Shown here: in pieces, positions 11,648 through 23,639 of the stretch
Numbering within the stretch: the first letter of the stretch is position 1
Layout: each line of letters starts with the position of its first letter
Assembly: GCA_001179505.1 (NCBI GenBank)
Contig: CDMY01000055.1
Location: forward strand, 136,063-200,062
From: Vitrella brassicaformis CCMP3155
Taxonomy: Eukaryota; Protista; Chromerida
Length of the DNA: 64,000 bases
Direction of reading: 5' to 3'
Program-made: the position numbers and the translations under genes
Notes under the pieces: generated by a model
Seen by the model: only the letters and a program-made list of their open reading frames with translations
Told to the model about the DNA's origin: nothing
The model's database searches: none

Positions 11648-12677
11648 GTGTCGGGGCCGGGGGGGGGGTGGGTGAGTGTGCTATGCTGTGTTGGTTAACC
11701 TCGACGACTTTGTCTTTGTATTCGACGACGGGGACCTCCTGGATGCGCTCGACCGTCTTGACCACCGTCTTGGGCACTACACGCTCCTACATCAACAGCA
11801 GAGACACACACAGAGAGGGAGGGCAGGAGAGACACGGATTAATGGGCCGTGTCTCTCTCCATTCCTTTGTGTGTGTGAGGCTTACGATGGTTTTGACTTC
11901 GACTTTGGGCACATACTTGTTGACCACCTGCACCTGTGGCACCTGATTTCTCACACCCACATGGACGGCGTGCCTCCGTCCGTCACTCTCCCTCTTTGTG
12001 TTTGTGCGTTGTGTGGCTGGCAAACCTCGACGACTCTGTCGACCTGCTGGATGACGGGCACCTCGACTTTGCGCTCGATCCAGGAGTGGCTGAGCTCCGG
12101 CACCTGGCGGACGACCTCGTGGACCTCGGGCTTGGGGACGATCTTCTGCGTGTACACGGGCACCTGACGCTCGGCCACGACGTCCTCGTAGTGCACATCG
12201 CTGTAGACGGGCACCTCCACCTCAACCTATATTGGCAGAACACACACAACACAATCCTGCGGCCTGCTCATGAATGTCTTGCCCTGTCCCCTTGTCCCCC
12301 TGCTGTTCACCGACTCACTCGTCGTGTGCCGGTCTGCACTTGTCCGGCTGGTGTGGTTGTGCGGCCCAGGCGGACCAGCTGGGACTGTGTCATCTCGCCC
12401 TCACCTCCTGCATGCGATAAACGCCACATAGGACGACATAACACAGAGCCCCTCAGCCCTCAGCCCCATTTCCACTTGATTTCCCCCACAAACAGCCCTT
12501 CCCTCGACGTGCGTGTGTCCTTGCCCCTTTCTCCCCTACCCCGCCCCTGTCGTCTGCTTCACCTTGTTGCTGCTGTCCGAGTGCGTCCCGCACACTGACA
12601 GGCTGCCCCGCTGGGGGGCTGGCGGCCTGGGCGAAGGCGGCAGCCAGAGGGGAGCCGGAGGGGGCCGGGCCACTCAT
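11648..12677 (-). CDS. Alveolin duplicate, 5' half (truncated by gap)
   Basis: MSGPAPSGSPLAAAFAQ... and EVPVYSDVHYEDVVAERQVPV exons are collinear with 7130-8144, with the same intron positions and SNP/indel differences. Confidence 0.85.
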
Positions 12678-13008
12678 GATGAAATCACGTGAGATGAATG
12701 AGGGGAGGGGCGCGGTGCGTTGACAGACGACGAGGGACGGCCGGAAGAGCCGTTTAAGCTCGCGTCACGCCCCTTGCGCAAGCAGTGCGGCATCATCGGT
12801 GGGGGGAGGAGGGTGAGCGAGGAAGGAAAGTGGTCTGATTCTGTCGTGTACATGTATGTCATGCCTGTCTTTCCATCTCCACAGATCTCGTGAGTCCTGT
12901 GTTCGACCAGCACACGTAGGGAGGGGAGGGAGGAGGCAAACAAGGCGCTCTCATACATCCCGTCTGCATGCTACTCTGTGTCGTTCGTTCTGCAGATATC
13001 ACTCACTG

Positions 13009-14003
13009 ATGGCGTCTGACTCCGTTCCCTCTCTGTGGGCCTCTCACTCACGACGGCCTCACACACACTCGATGACCCCACCAGGCGGCCGGCACTCGTC
13101 ACACAGATCGACAAGCAGCCGCCCACAGAGATCCCCAGAGGCGTCACCCTGCCGGTCGTCCTGCAGCAGCGCATCGAGCGGGCCATACATGAGGAGATCC
13201 TTCATGACCTCTTGGCCTTCGACATTCCTGACGTGGTCGGGGCCCTCAGGACGGCCCATGTGCTGAAGCGATGCAGCGGCCACTGGAAGATGATCAAGGC
13301 CTTCATCCCCCTGGTCTTCATCCACCAGCTCACCCCCAATGCGACGCGGCCCCTCATGCTGTCGGCCGATTCGCTGCCCACCACTTCAGCATTCGATGAG
13401 CTGCCCCTCACAATGACCGCCTACAAGACATTCGGCCACTTGCTCAGCCACCGGGGGACCAGCCTGGCGCTGCAGCGAGCTGACAACGGTGCCTATCGGA
13501 TCGGCGATCATTCGTTTCGTGTGGTGCCGCAGAGTGAGCTGCCGGCCGACCATCCCTACCGCGGCACATACAAGGAGAGCGACCCCGTCATCCGCTGGGG
13601 CCATCTTCTCTATCCATCATTCACGGCATTCATCAAGCGAACGGTTCTGATACAGTGGTGTTACCAAAAGTGGGTGGTGAGGAAGCCACTGGGAATAGCT
13701 CGTGTCGGTCGTGACGACACTCGCTATCGGTCCCTGCTGACGGCACCGTCCATCGAGGGCTACAAGACCGTCGACTACATCGATGAGGATCCATTCGCCC
13801 CGGGAGACGACGGCCGCCGACGATTTATCATTCTCAAGGGCACCGCAGCCAACGACACCACTGCGGTCCACCTGTGGCTGTTCGATGGCCACATCCGCCT
13901 CTGGACGACCGAGGCGCCGACAAAGGGCAGACACGTTGCAACTGTGGCGGCCGCCCGCCCTCTGCTGGGCAGCTATGGGCTGGATCAGCGTATGCTGGGA
14001 TAG
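13009..14003 (+). CDS. Family X copy 2
   Basis: Intron-free ORF 13035-14003, highly similar to copy 1 except for a divergent patch at ~13781-13910. The ATG at 13009 is out of frame with the core. Confidence 0.7.
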
Positions 14004-16083
14004 ATCTATTCGATGACGAAATACTGGTGAGGATGGATGGGGGGGAGGGAGGGGTGCTGTAGGTTGTGAGGGAGAGAGAGTAGGTGTGACCGTCCCGTCA
14101 TCTCATTCCTCGTGTGGCGTGCTGCGTTGATTTCTGTAGGTGTCGCATTACTCTGTTGGCGTGACAGTGTAGCGGATTACTCCAGGTGCCCGGAAGGACG
14201 GGTGGGTCTCACCAGGAGGGAGGCCTGATCAAGCGGGGGTGGTAGACAAGGTGGTGCTGTGGGTCAACAGTGACCGTAGCAACCCCGGCCGTGATGTAGG
14301 TCCCTCCCTCTCTCCCGTCTTGCTGTCTTCTTTCCCGTGCGTGTTGCCACGTCACCCCCCTCTCTCTCTGCCTGCCTGCCTGCCTGCCCGGTGTGTGGGT
14401 GAGGCTGCGAGTTTTCCTGGTCGACGAGTGGATGGGCCGGTCGAACGGCCAATCGCTCCCCGGCCGCTCACTGACCGACTCACTGGGACTTGGCAGACAC
14501 AGACAGACAGAGGCTTCTTCCGCTCTAACTAAATGGGCGTCCGAGTGAGGAAGGTGGTTTGGTGTGTCGTAAGTATCTTGTGTTGCGGTGCGGCTTGTTG
14601 AGATGCCTGCCTGCATAGAGGATAACTGTAGTCTCGATGCAGAACCAAAAAACCTGTGTGTATGTCTGTTTTATGTGGATGCGAGGATGAATTGTCCGTT
14701 AGACCGGTGTGCCCTTGCATGTGTGTGATGCAATGTTGACTGCCAGGGAGGTAGGTGGCAACACGAACAGTAACAAATACACTCATTGTGCTGTTCCATC
14801 CATCCATCCCTCCATTCGTTCATTCGTCCGTCATCGACTGACTGACTGACTGACTGAGTAATGCAGGCACCGCACAAAGTCACAAATACATCCAGCGTCG
14901 TTGTGCCGTGAAAGACCGCCACGACTCGCTACGACGGCACCCTGCATCATGCATCACGTTCCGCTTCGTCATGAGGCGAGCCGGTATCATCATCCACACA
15001 ACACCGTCCGTCTGTTTTTGACGATGTGTCACGACGGACGGACAGACAGACAGACACACAGACAGACAGAAGAGAGACAGAGAGACCGACAGACCGAGAC
15101 ACGAATGCCGCCCTTACCAGGTATGAAAGCAAGCGATGATGGATGGATGGATGGATGGATGGATCGCTCGCTGACACTGTGCACGGATTGATTGCCCCCC
15201 CACCCCACCCCCATTCCCTGGCCAGCCTAGCTGCACGTACGTCGTGAGAGATCGGCTTGGCTTGCAGCGCGCCCCTTTTCGGCACATGCAAACACCGAAA
15301 CACAACGCAACACGCACACAGCCGCCTGACCGACTGGACCGATTGCCGCAAGTGAGTGCCACAGAACGAACATAGAAGAGTACATGTGTGCCGTGTGTGT
15401 GGACTTGGCAGACAGAAACGAATGCGCCAGAAGAAAGTCGGTTCGGCATCGTGAAAAAGAAAGCTGATACACCATTTGTGTAAGAGTGTGGACACCACAG
15501 CTTCTCCCTCCCCTCTCTCTCTCTTGGTGAAAACAGATGATCACACTGATTGTCAGTGAAGCCACACAACACAACGACATGGCATAGTGAGGAACTCAAG
15601 GCAGCTCTGTGAATGCACATACATCAACAAACAGCGGCACACAACTTGCACTGTCTGTCTGAATTGGACGCCTAAGGGCACTTTTTCTTGCCTGAAAGCG
15701 ACACACATGGACGGATACATTGCATCAGTAATGCAGTCAGTCAGTCAGGTCATCCGTCCGGTCCCCTTGAATTGTCCAACAAGAAGCCTGACGGCTCGTA
15801 TACACACACCACACCCTGTCTGCCGTCGACCGACACGTCGGCGACGTCCATTCCATTCCATGCAATTCCCATCTATCTACTGCTATCCACGTGTGAGCCA
15901 GCGGGTGAATGAATGAATGGAGTGAGGTGAGTGAGTTGTCCGGGCTGTGTGTGCTGCGTGCAGGTGTACGTGACATGTTTCGCTTACGTATGTGCACACA
16001 CAGACACAGACACAGACAGACCAGTAAGAAAAAATGCCAAAAGACCAGCACACACATACACATACACACTCGCCAATCAACGC

Positions 16084-16795
16084 CTAGAGGCCATCGATGT
16101 AACTCTTAGCCACGGCGACCTTCCTGCTGGCGACGGCCGCCAGGTTGCCCAGCACCCTCAGGCCGGCCCCTCCCCCCCGCGTGGCCATCACCTGCTCGCG
16201 AAGGTCGACTTCCATCTCGCCAATCCTCACTGTCGGCCGGTAGTGCTGCATGGCCTCGCTGATGGCACGCTGAAGGAACTCCTGGCCTTCATCGGTGGGC
16301 GACGAGACGAGGGTCATGTTGTAGCCCATGGCCGCCCAGGTCAGGTCCGTGGGGTCGCTCTGCGCCACGACGTGCATGCTCGAGGCGCTCACACACGAGT
16401 AGCGGGGCACCACCGAGGAAAACAGAGACAGCGCCCTCGCGGCGTGGATCTGACAACAACAGCAAGCAGTGAGTGACACGCAGAGTGCAACCCCGTGCCA
16501 TGTTGTGGTGGGGTGTTGTGTGCACTACTCGCTGGTTTACCTACCGGGTCATCTGCGAGCCACTCTTCCCAGCTGCCTCCGCCCAGCGATGGCATATCCA
16601 CATTGGCCGTCGTGACGCACACACTGCCGCTGGGGCACTGAAGCGACCCGCACTCGCCGCCCTCACTCTCGCCATAGCGCGCCTGCCTGGTTCTGTCGGC
16701 GTATCCTTTCCATGAGACATCGTACTTTGGAATGATGCTGTCCCAGAAGCCGCACTCGTCGTTCATGTAGCCGGCCTCGCTGAGGGCACGGCCAG
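16084..16795 (-). CDS. 3' fragment of a second carboxylesterase copy (cut by gap)
   Basis: Collinear with 17714-18425 (offset 1630) with several SNPs (AKSYIDGL vs AESFIDGL). Confidence 0.75.
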
Positions 16796-17095
16796 NNNNN
16801 NNNNNNNNNNNNNNNNNNNNNNNNNNNNNNNNNNNNNNNNNNNNNNNNNNNNNNNNNNNNNNNNNNNNNNNNNNNNNNNNNNNNNNNNNNNNNNNNNNNN
16901 NNNNNNNNNNNNNNNNNNNNNNNNNNNNNNNNNNNNNNNNNNNNNNNNNNNNNNNNNNNNNNNNNNNNNNNNNNNNNNNNNNNNNNNNNNNNNNNNNNNN
17001 NNNNNNNNNNNNNNNNNNNNNNNNNNNNNNNNNNNNNNNNNNNNNNNNNNNNNNNNNNNNNNNNNNNNNNNNNNNNNNNNNNNNNNNNNNNNNNN
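16796..17095. other. Assembly gap (300 N)
   Basis: Run of N. Confidence 1.
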
Positions 17096-17713
17096 TACAT
17101 CCAGCGTCGCTGTGTTGTGAGTGACCGCCACGACTCGCTACGACGGCACTCGCATCATGCATCACGTTCCGCTACGTCATGAGGCGAGCCAGTATCATCA
17201 TCCACACAACACCGTCCGTCTGTTTTGACGATGTGTCACGACAGACGGACGGACAGACAGACACACAGACACCCAGACAGAGAGACAGACAGACAGACAG
17301 ACAGAGACACGAACGCCGCCCTTACCAGGTATGAAAGCACGCGCATCAGGAATGCAGTCAGTCAGTCAGGTCATCCGGTCCGGCCCCCTTTAATTGTCCA
17401 ACAAGAAGCCTGACGGCCCCGTATACACACACATGCACACACCCCCACCCCACCCCACCCCACCCTGTCTGCCGTCGACATGCGACGTCCATTCCATGCA
17501 ATTCCCATCTATCTACTGCTATCCATCCCATCCCTAATGACTGGACTGGGTGAGTGAGTTGTCCGGGCTGTGTGCTGCGTGCTGGTGTACGTGACATGTT
17601 TCGCCTACGTAGGTGCAGACACAGACACAGACACAGAGACAGACAGACCAGTAAGAAAAAGTTCATGCCATAAAGACCAGCACCAACACACATCCACACG
17701 CGCCAATGAATGC

Positions 17714-20700
17714 CTAGAGGCCATCGATGAAACTCTCAGCCACGGCGACCTTCCTGCTGGCCACGGCCGCCAGGTTGCCCAGCACCCTCAGGCTGGCCCC
17801 TCCCCCCCGCGTGGCCATCACCTGGTCGCGAAGGTCGACCTCCATCTCGCCAATCCTGACTGTCGGCCGGTAGTGCTGCATGGCCTCGCTGATGGCACGC
17901 TGAAGGAACTCCTGGCCTTCATCGGTGGGCGACGAGACGAGGGTCATGTTGTAGCCCATGGCCGCCCAGGTCAGGTCCGTGGGGTCGCTCTGCGCCACGA
18001 CGTGCATGCTCGAGGCGCTCACACACGAGTAGCGGGGCACCACCGAGGAAAACAGAGACAGCGCCCTCGCGGCGTGGATCTGACAACAACAGCAAGCAGT
18101 GAGTGACACGCAGAGTGCAACCCCGTGCCATGTTGTGGTGGGGTGTTGTGTGCACTACTCGCTGGTTTACCTACCGGGTCATCTGCGAGCCACTCTTCCC
18201 AGCTGCCTCCGCCCAGCGATGGCATATCCACATTGGCCGTCGTGACGCACACACTGCCGCTGGGGCACTGAAGCGACCCGCACTCGCCGCCCTCACTCTC
18301 GCCATAGCGCGCCTGCCTGGTTCTGTCGGCGTATCCTTTCCATGAGACATCGTACTTTGGAATGATGCTGTCCCAGAAGCCGCACTCGTCGTTCATGTAG
18401 CCGGCCTCGCTGAGGGCACGGCCAGCCGGTGCGTCGTCGCTGAGGATGGACAGCTTCATATACAGCCTCTCGTCGCGAGTGTAGGGGGGCCAGGGGGGCA
18501 GGGAGGAGCCGGCAGCAGAATCACCATCACCAGCACCATCTGGCACGCCAGTGTTGGCAAAGTTTCTCCAGTACTGGTGGACTGTCTTGACGGCCTCCTC
18601 CTCGGCAGACGTGAAAGCGAAACCTGAACCGGACACACCATTCATCCCATCCATCCATTCATGTACCCTCCCGTCAGCTTCTTCTGTGTTGGTTGCACTG
18701 CTGACCCTCTGGCATTCTGCGTGCGCTTTGCAGCAGCCATGGCTGGTCCTCCAGGTGGCATCTGATCTCATCCGTGCCGCAGAAGCGGTTGAGGGAGTGG
18801 AAATACGATCCGGGTGCACTCTTGGCGGTGAATTTTTCACTCTCGGTGTACGACCACCTGGGCACACAAAGACACACACAAAGACACAACACACACTGCA
18901 TTGCCTTTTCCGTATCTCTCTCTCTGTGCTTCTACCATGCCCTCCCACCCTGATTCGTATGAGGCGAGGTAACACGTGCCCGTCACATTGGCGCACAGCT
19001 GCCTCGTCGAGCACGAGAATTCCGAATGGCCGAAGGCACTGCTGAAGGAGGATGCCGTGTCGGGCCTGTCGGGCGTCAGGCCGATCGTGGCGGGTTCACC
19101 CACACCATCAAGAGGGTACAGCTCGAGGAACTCGTCCTGGGTTCACACAGAAGACGAGAGAGGGACAGCATAGGATGCCAAATTTGGAAGAAAATTCGGC
19201 GTGTGGTTGTTTCTCTCGTACCGCCCTGGCGCCGAAGAGCCCTTTGATGGTTGCCATCCATGTGACCGGATTGAAGACGACCTGGGTGAGCATGTCGGCG
19301 AAGTCGCGCGCAAAGAAATTGATGGCTTGGCGGATGATCACCGTCCCTTCGTGCGGTGTCGACGACAACATCAGCGGCACATCAGTGTTGTACTCGCCCT
19401 GCACTCACACAGGACAGACACATAGCGCCAATCACCGGCCGCATGCAGCGATGGTTGGACGGGCACGTCCGCCTATTCTCACACACCGTGACAAGAGGGT
19501 CATAGCAGTTGTTTGAGAGGACCTCCCCGTCTTCCACCAGCCGCCACGGCGCCAGTATAAAGAAATCCTCAAGAATGAGGTACATATTGCCCAGCAGATT
19601 CGCCGCAAGAAGGTCCTTCACAGGTGCGGTCTTGATGCACTCGATGTAGGCGTCCAGGTCCCTCTCGGCCTTGTGGACGGGACCGCACGAGGGCGTCAGG
19701 GCGGTCAGGGCAAAGTTGCTCTGCGCCGTGGCGAGCTGACAACAGAAGAGAGAGAGGCAATTGCGTCAGCCTGGTCTGTGGTCCATTCCCTTTGTGAGCT
19801 CACCTCGAGGGATCTCCCGCTTTGGCAGCAGTCCTGCGATACTGCAATCACCTTCTTGAACAGCCGTCCTGCGCTCTCTGACGCGAGATGGCAGGCGGCA
19901 CTCACAGCACCCGCACTGAAGCCCACTAGTGTGACGTCACGCGAACCGCCGAAGTGCTGCACACAGACACACATTGTGTAGGCCGGTCTCTCTCGTCTGC
20001 TCTGTCTGGTGTGGCGTGGTGTGCGTGTGTGCGTTGGTCACGTGTATGTATTTCTGTATCCACTCAAGGGCCACGCGCTGGTCCAGAAAGCCCAGATTCC
20101 TCGGCAGATAATCGGTGACGATGCCGCCGAAGATACCCAATCGATAATTTAAGCCCACGACCACAAGACCTGACCATACCAGCACAGACACAAACAAGGC
20201 GATATCAGCTGAGCAAGTGAAAATCTCTCTCTCCCCCTCTCTCTCCCTCTCTCTCGCGCCCTCACCTGTCCTTTGCGCCAGTGCCGCCCCATCAGTGAAT
20301 GCCGCCCCTGATGTGCCGCCGTCCCAACCCCCCCCGTGGATCAGCGCCAACACATTTCTCTTTTCGCCTCGCTCTCGCACGCCTTTGGGCACCCACACGT
20401 GGAGGTACAGACACTGCTCCGCCAGCAAGCCACTCTCCGACAAGCAGAACTGCGGCGACCCAACGACCTGCTTGCACGCGGACGGACAGGCGGGCCCCTT
20501 GTTCGTGGCATCGATGTGGCCGCCTCCCAGAGGGATGAGCGTCGGCTTCTCAAATCTTGGCGCGTCTCCGAACTGGATGCCCAGGAAGGCCTCTGTGTCG
20601 GTATCTGCCTGGTCGATGCCCCGGATCTCTGTACCTGGTATTGCACGTGTCACGCACAGCCACAAAGTGTCACTCAGAAGTGTGTGTGGCACTGCTTTTG

Positions 20701-20810
20701 TGAAGTGTGTGCCCACCATCCGGTAGCTCGATGACGACCGCTTCTCCGCAGCTGGCGAACACGGCGAGCAACAGCCAGACACAGACACCTCCCCTCGGCA
20801 CACAGACCAT
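17714..20810 (-). CDS. Secreted type-B carboxylesterase/cholinesterase-family alpha/beta hydrolase with C-terminal extension
   Basis: Signal peptide (MVCVPRGGVCVWLLLAVFASCGEA); motifs AFLGIQF, EQCLYLHVWVP, LIHGGGW, NYRLG, NLGFLDQRVALEWIQ, nucleophile GFSAG, VPLMLSSTPHEG (Glu), RCHLEDQPWL (His), WPPY and CGFWD. Confidence 0.9.
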
Positions 20811-21034
20811 CTCCCCTTGGCATCTCAATGATCTCATCAGCGCGGTACGCGAGATTTGCGTTCGCTGAGGCGCCTGATGAGCGTTAAACCAACGAGAGGG
20901 GGTAGAGCTCTCGGTAGCTTGGCCCCTATCTCGGCGGTTATCGTTACCGCTCCCCGCCGTTCCCCCTTCAGCTGTTCCCGAGCTCGCGGTAAACTTGAAG
21001 AATCCCCCGCGGGTCCGCAATATTACCCTTCCCC

Positions 21035-21320
21035 ACGTCCGCAGACGATCAAGAGTGCTCACCACTGGAGCGCTCATGAACGCACCCCAACTCCTGGTAG
21101 GCCCTGCCCTCATCTCTCTACTGAGCGTCTCTCTCTCTCTGTGTTAAATCTCTGCCGATGTGTGTGGGGCTTACTGCGTGCAGGGGTCACATCACTGGCT
21201 CTGAGGTCTTCAGTGTGAGTGCTAAGGTCGCCCTGTCTCTCTTTCCCATGCGGACAGTCAGGCGAGCGAAGCCCTGACAAGCATATTCCCTGCCCAACTC
21301 CCAAGGGCCCCGTCCGATGA
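21035..21320 (+). pseudogene. Decayed 5' flank and first codons of the TM-LRR-EF gene (inverted copy of 58891-59146)
   Basis: Strong nucleotide similarity to the reverse complement of 58891-59146. ATG CGG ACA GTC AGG CGA GCG AAG CCC TGA lacks 4 nt relative to MRTVRRASEAL..., giving an early stop. Confidence 0.8.
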
Positions 21321-21507
21321 GAACATGCCAAGCTGTGCTGTCATGCTGTCTTGAAGGCTTAGCTTCAGGGGACCAGCACGCGTAGCCCCACGAACATCGT
21401 AGGCAAAAAGAAGATGCCGAGGCACACTTCATGCGTATCTGTGTGCCCTGCTTCTTAAGACTTGACCTCCGGGTGCCTCGATTGGCCAACACTCGCGCCT
21501 TCGAACG

Positions 21508-22692
21508 ATGTCGCTATCTTTTTCTCTCTCTCGGCTTCCATCGCTTGCCCGTATCTCGAAGATGACGACGGCTCGTGTGGCCCCTGAACCACAGACGATG
21601 GCCAAGACGACAAAGAAGGAGCCCGAGTACATTGTGAAGATTCGAGAGGCATCGGCGGCATCGACAGTCGAAGGGGCCGGGCGGGTGGTCCAGGAGCGTT
21701 TCTGGCAGCTGCCTACCCTGTTCTTCGTCATGCTTTCGGCTCCTTGCGGGGTCTTCCTGTACTTTTTCCTCAGCAGCGTCGCCCAAGGAGACGATTTTTG
21801 GATGCGCATGATGTGGATGGGGCTCTTTGTCATCTGGTACATCCTCTATCTCATTCTGACGGCTTTGGTCGGCCCCATTTCTCTCCACCTGCGCCGTCTG
21901 GTGTCATGCTATCGCTGGAGTCCAACCGCCGCCTTTGCATTGATCCAAAAGGCCCGTCCCTACTGCGTCATCACCGGCAAGATCATCCGTGTCGGCTGCT
22001 GTCGAGGCAAACGAGAAGGGGGATGGGTGAAAGTGGGAGTGCTTGGGGCCGTCCACGATATGACGCCTGAGCTGCCGCCGACATCGAATCTCTTCGAGCG
22101 CTTCCTGCTCATTCGACTGAGAATCTACCTGTGTCCGGTCTATGGCGAGAGTGTCGATGCGGATGTGAATCACATTCTAAAGGACTTCAAGCAAAGCTTC
22201 ATCACGAAGGCGAAGCGATTCGAGATACCAAAAGCCGAGCGGCCGGGCGATCGCGACGACTTCACCGTTCAATGGAAACTCAAAGAATTAGCCCCTTCGT
22301 TGATCCGAGGCGCACGACTTTCATACGAGTCGCGACGAGTGCCGGTGCTGATGCTGTACAACGAGGGGAAGAACGGCGGACCCACCTCCCCATTGCTGTC
22401 CCTTCCCGTGGCACTCCTGATGTGGATCCTGTGTCTCGACTTCCCCTACCGCTTGTTCCTCGAAGTCTTCTGCACAGGCAAGCAGAGGCTACTAGAGGGT
22501 GGACCGCAGTCCGAGTATCATGATGTCTCGTTTGTCTCTTCCTGGTTAGGCCGCCTCGACGTGGAAGTAATCAAGAAGGTTCACAAAATCAGTGACGAGA
22601 ATGGGCGATTCCACATACGCTTTATCGATTCACATCACCGGTTCGAGAAGGCGTACACCGTCATTGAGTACATGGACATGTACGATGACTAG
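21508..22692 (+). CDS. Intronless membrane protein, TMEM151-like architecture
   Basis: 394-aa single ORF: two N-terminal TM helices, a soluble region, then C-terminal LLSLPVALLMWILCLDFPYRLFLE...VIKKV, which resembles the TMEM151 C-terminal motif. The family call is from memory of the motif. Confidence 0.6.
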   Translation: MSLSFSLSRLPSLARISKMTTARVAPEPQTMAKTTKKEPEYIVKIREASAASTVEGAGRVVQERFWQLPTLFFVMLSAPCGVFLYFFLSSVAQGDDFWMRMMWMGLFVIWYILYLILTALVGPISLHLRRLVSCYRWSPTAAFALIQKARPYCVITGKIIRVGCCRGKREGGWVKVGVLGAVHDMTPELPPTSNLFERFLLIRLRIYLCPVYGESVDADVNHILKDFKQSFITKAKRFEIPKAERPGDRDDFTVQWKLKELAPSLIRGARLSYESRRVPVLMLYNEGKNGGPTSPLLSLPVALLMWILCLDFPYRLFLEVFCTGKQRLLEGGPQSEYHDVSFVSSWLGRLDVEVIKKVHKISDENGRFHIRFIDSHHRFEKAYTVIEYMDMYDD

Positions 22693-23639
22693 GACCAGCA
22701 TCGGAGCATAAACGCGGAGGTGAGCTGAGAGATGTCCCAGGTCGAGTCATGCATACGTCTCTGTGCACCTTGACGCATGTTCAGGTCAGCTTTAGGTTGA
22801 CAGCTGTGAACTGTGCCGGTTCCGAGTGAATTACGTCGTTGAGACTCGTTCTATGCGCTGTGGCGTATGCATGATATGGCTTGAGACGCTCACTCATGTG
22901 TATTATACGTGAAAATATAATATGCTGTCTCGGTACGCCAACAGAGAGCAGAGGCAGCGATTAGCAGAGAGGAGAGCGAGACAAAAAGACACGGGGTAAG
23001 CTTATGTACATCAAGTAAGTCCCGACAAAGAGACCCAGCCAGCCAGCCAGCCATCCATCCAGCCATTTGTGTGTCCGCTTGAGAGTCGAGTTGGACTCAC
23101 TTCCTCAGTGAATGAGTGACTTGTTCATGTCTGTCTGCCCGTGTAAGGGGTACAAATGGGTGGCGCGATGCGGACAAATGGATAGATGGATTGACAGACA
23201 ACATACTGGTGACTGATTTGTCAGAACCAGAGTGCGGACAATTGTCGACGCAGATCGAGTGTGTTCGTCCACATCAAACACAGACAGTCACACAGTCATG
23301 AGCAGTCAGGCTGCTACCCACTGCACGCACATGGGCATGGCAGCAGCAGCAGCACACCATCAGATCACATCACGTCACATCAACCGTCAGCAATTCAGTC
23401 ACTCGCTGCCATCGGTGCCGTCAGCGCCAGTTGAGCTGGGTTATCAAAGGCTGGCCACGTCACCTTCTTCGCCAAACGCTGATCGACCACCCAACCCCCC
23501 TCGTCGGCTGCACGAATGCGACACCTACAATCCATCAATGCAGCACGACAGACAAGAAATGAGAAGAGCCAAGACACACGCGCACACTCCCTCACACAGC
23601 CCCTCGTGTACCTCACCAGTGTGTTGCTATGCAAGGTAT

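Noticed and set aside
10960-11946. Long ORFs running through N gaps (also 16389-17165)
   Set aside because: These are artefacts of translating N as X.
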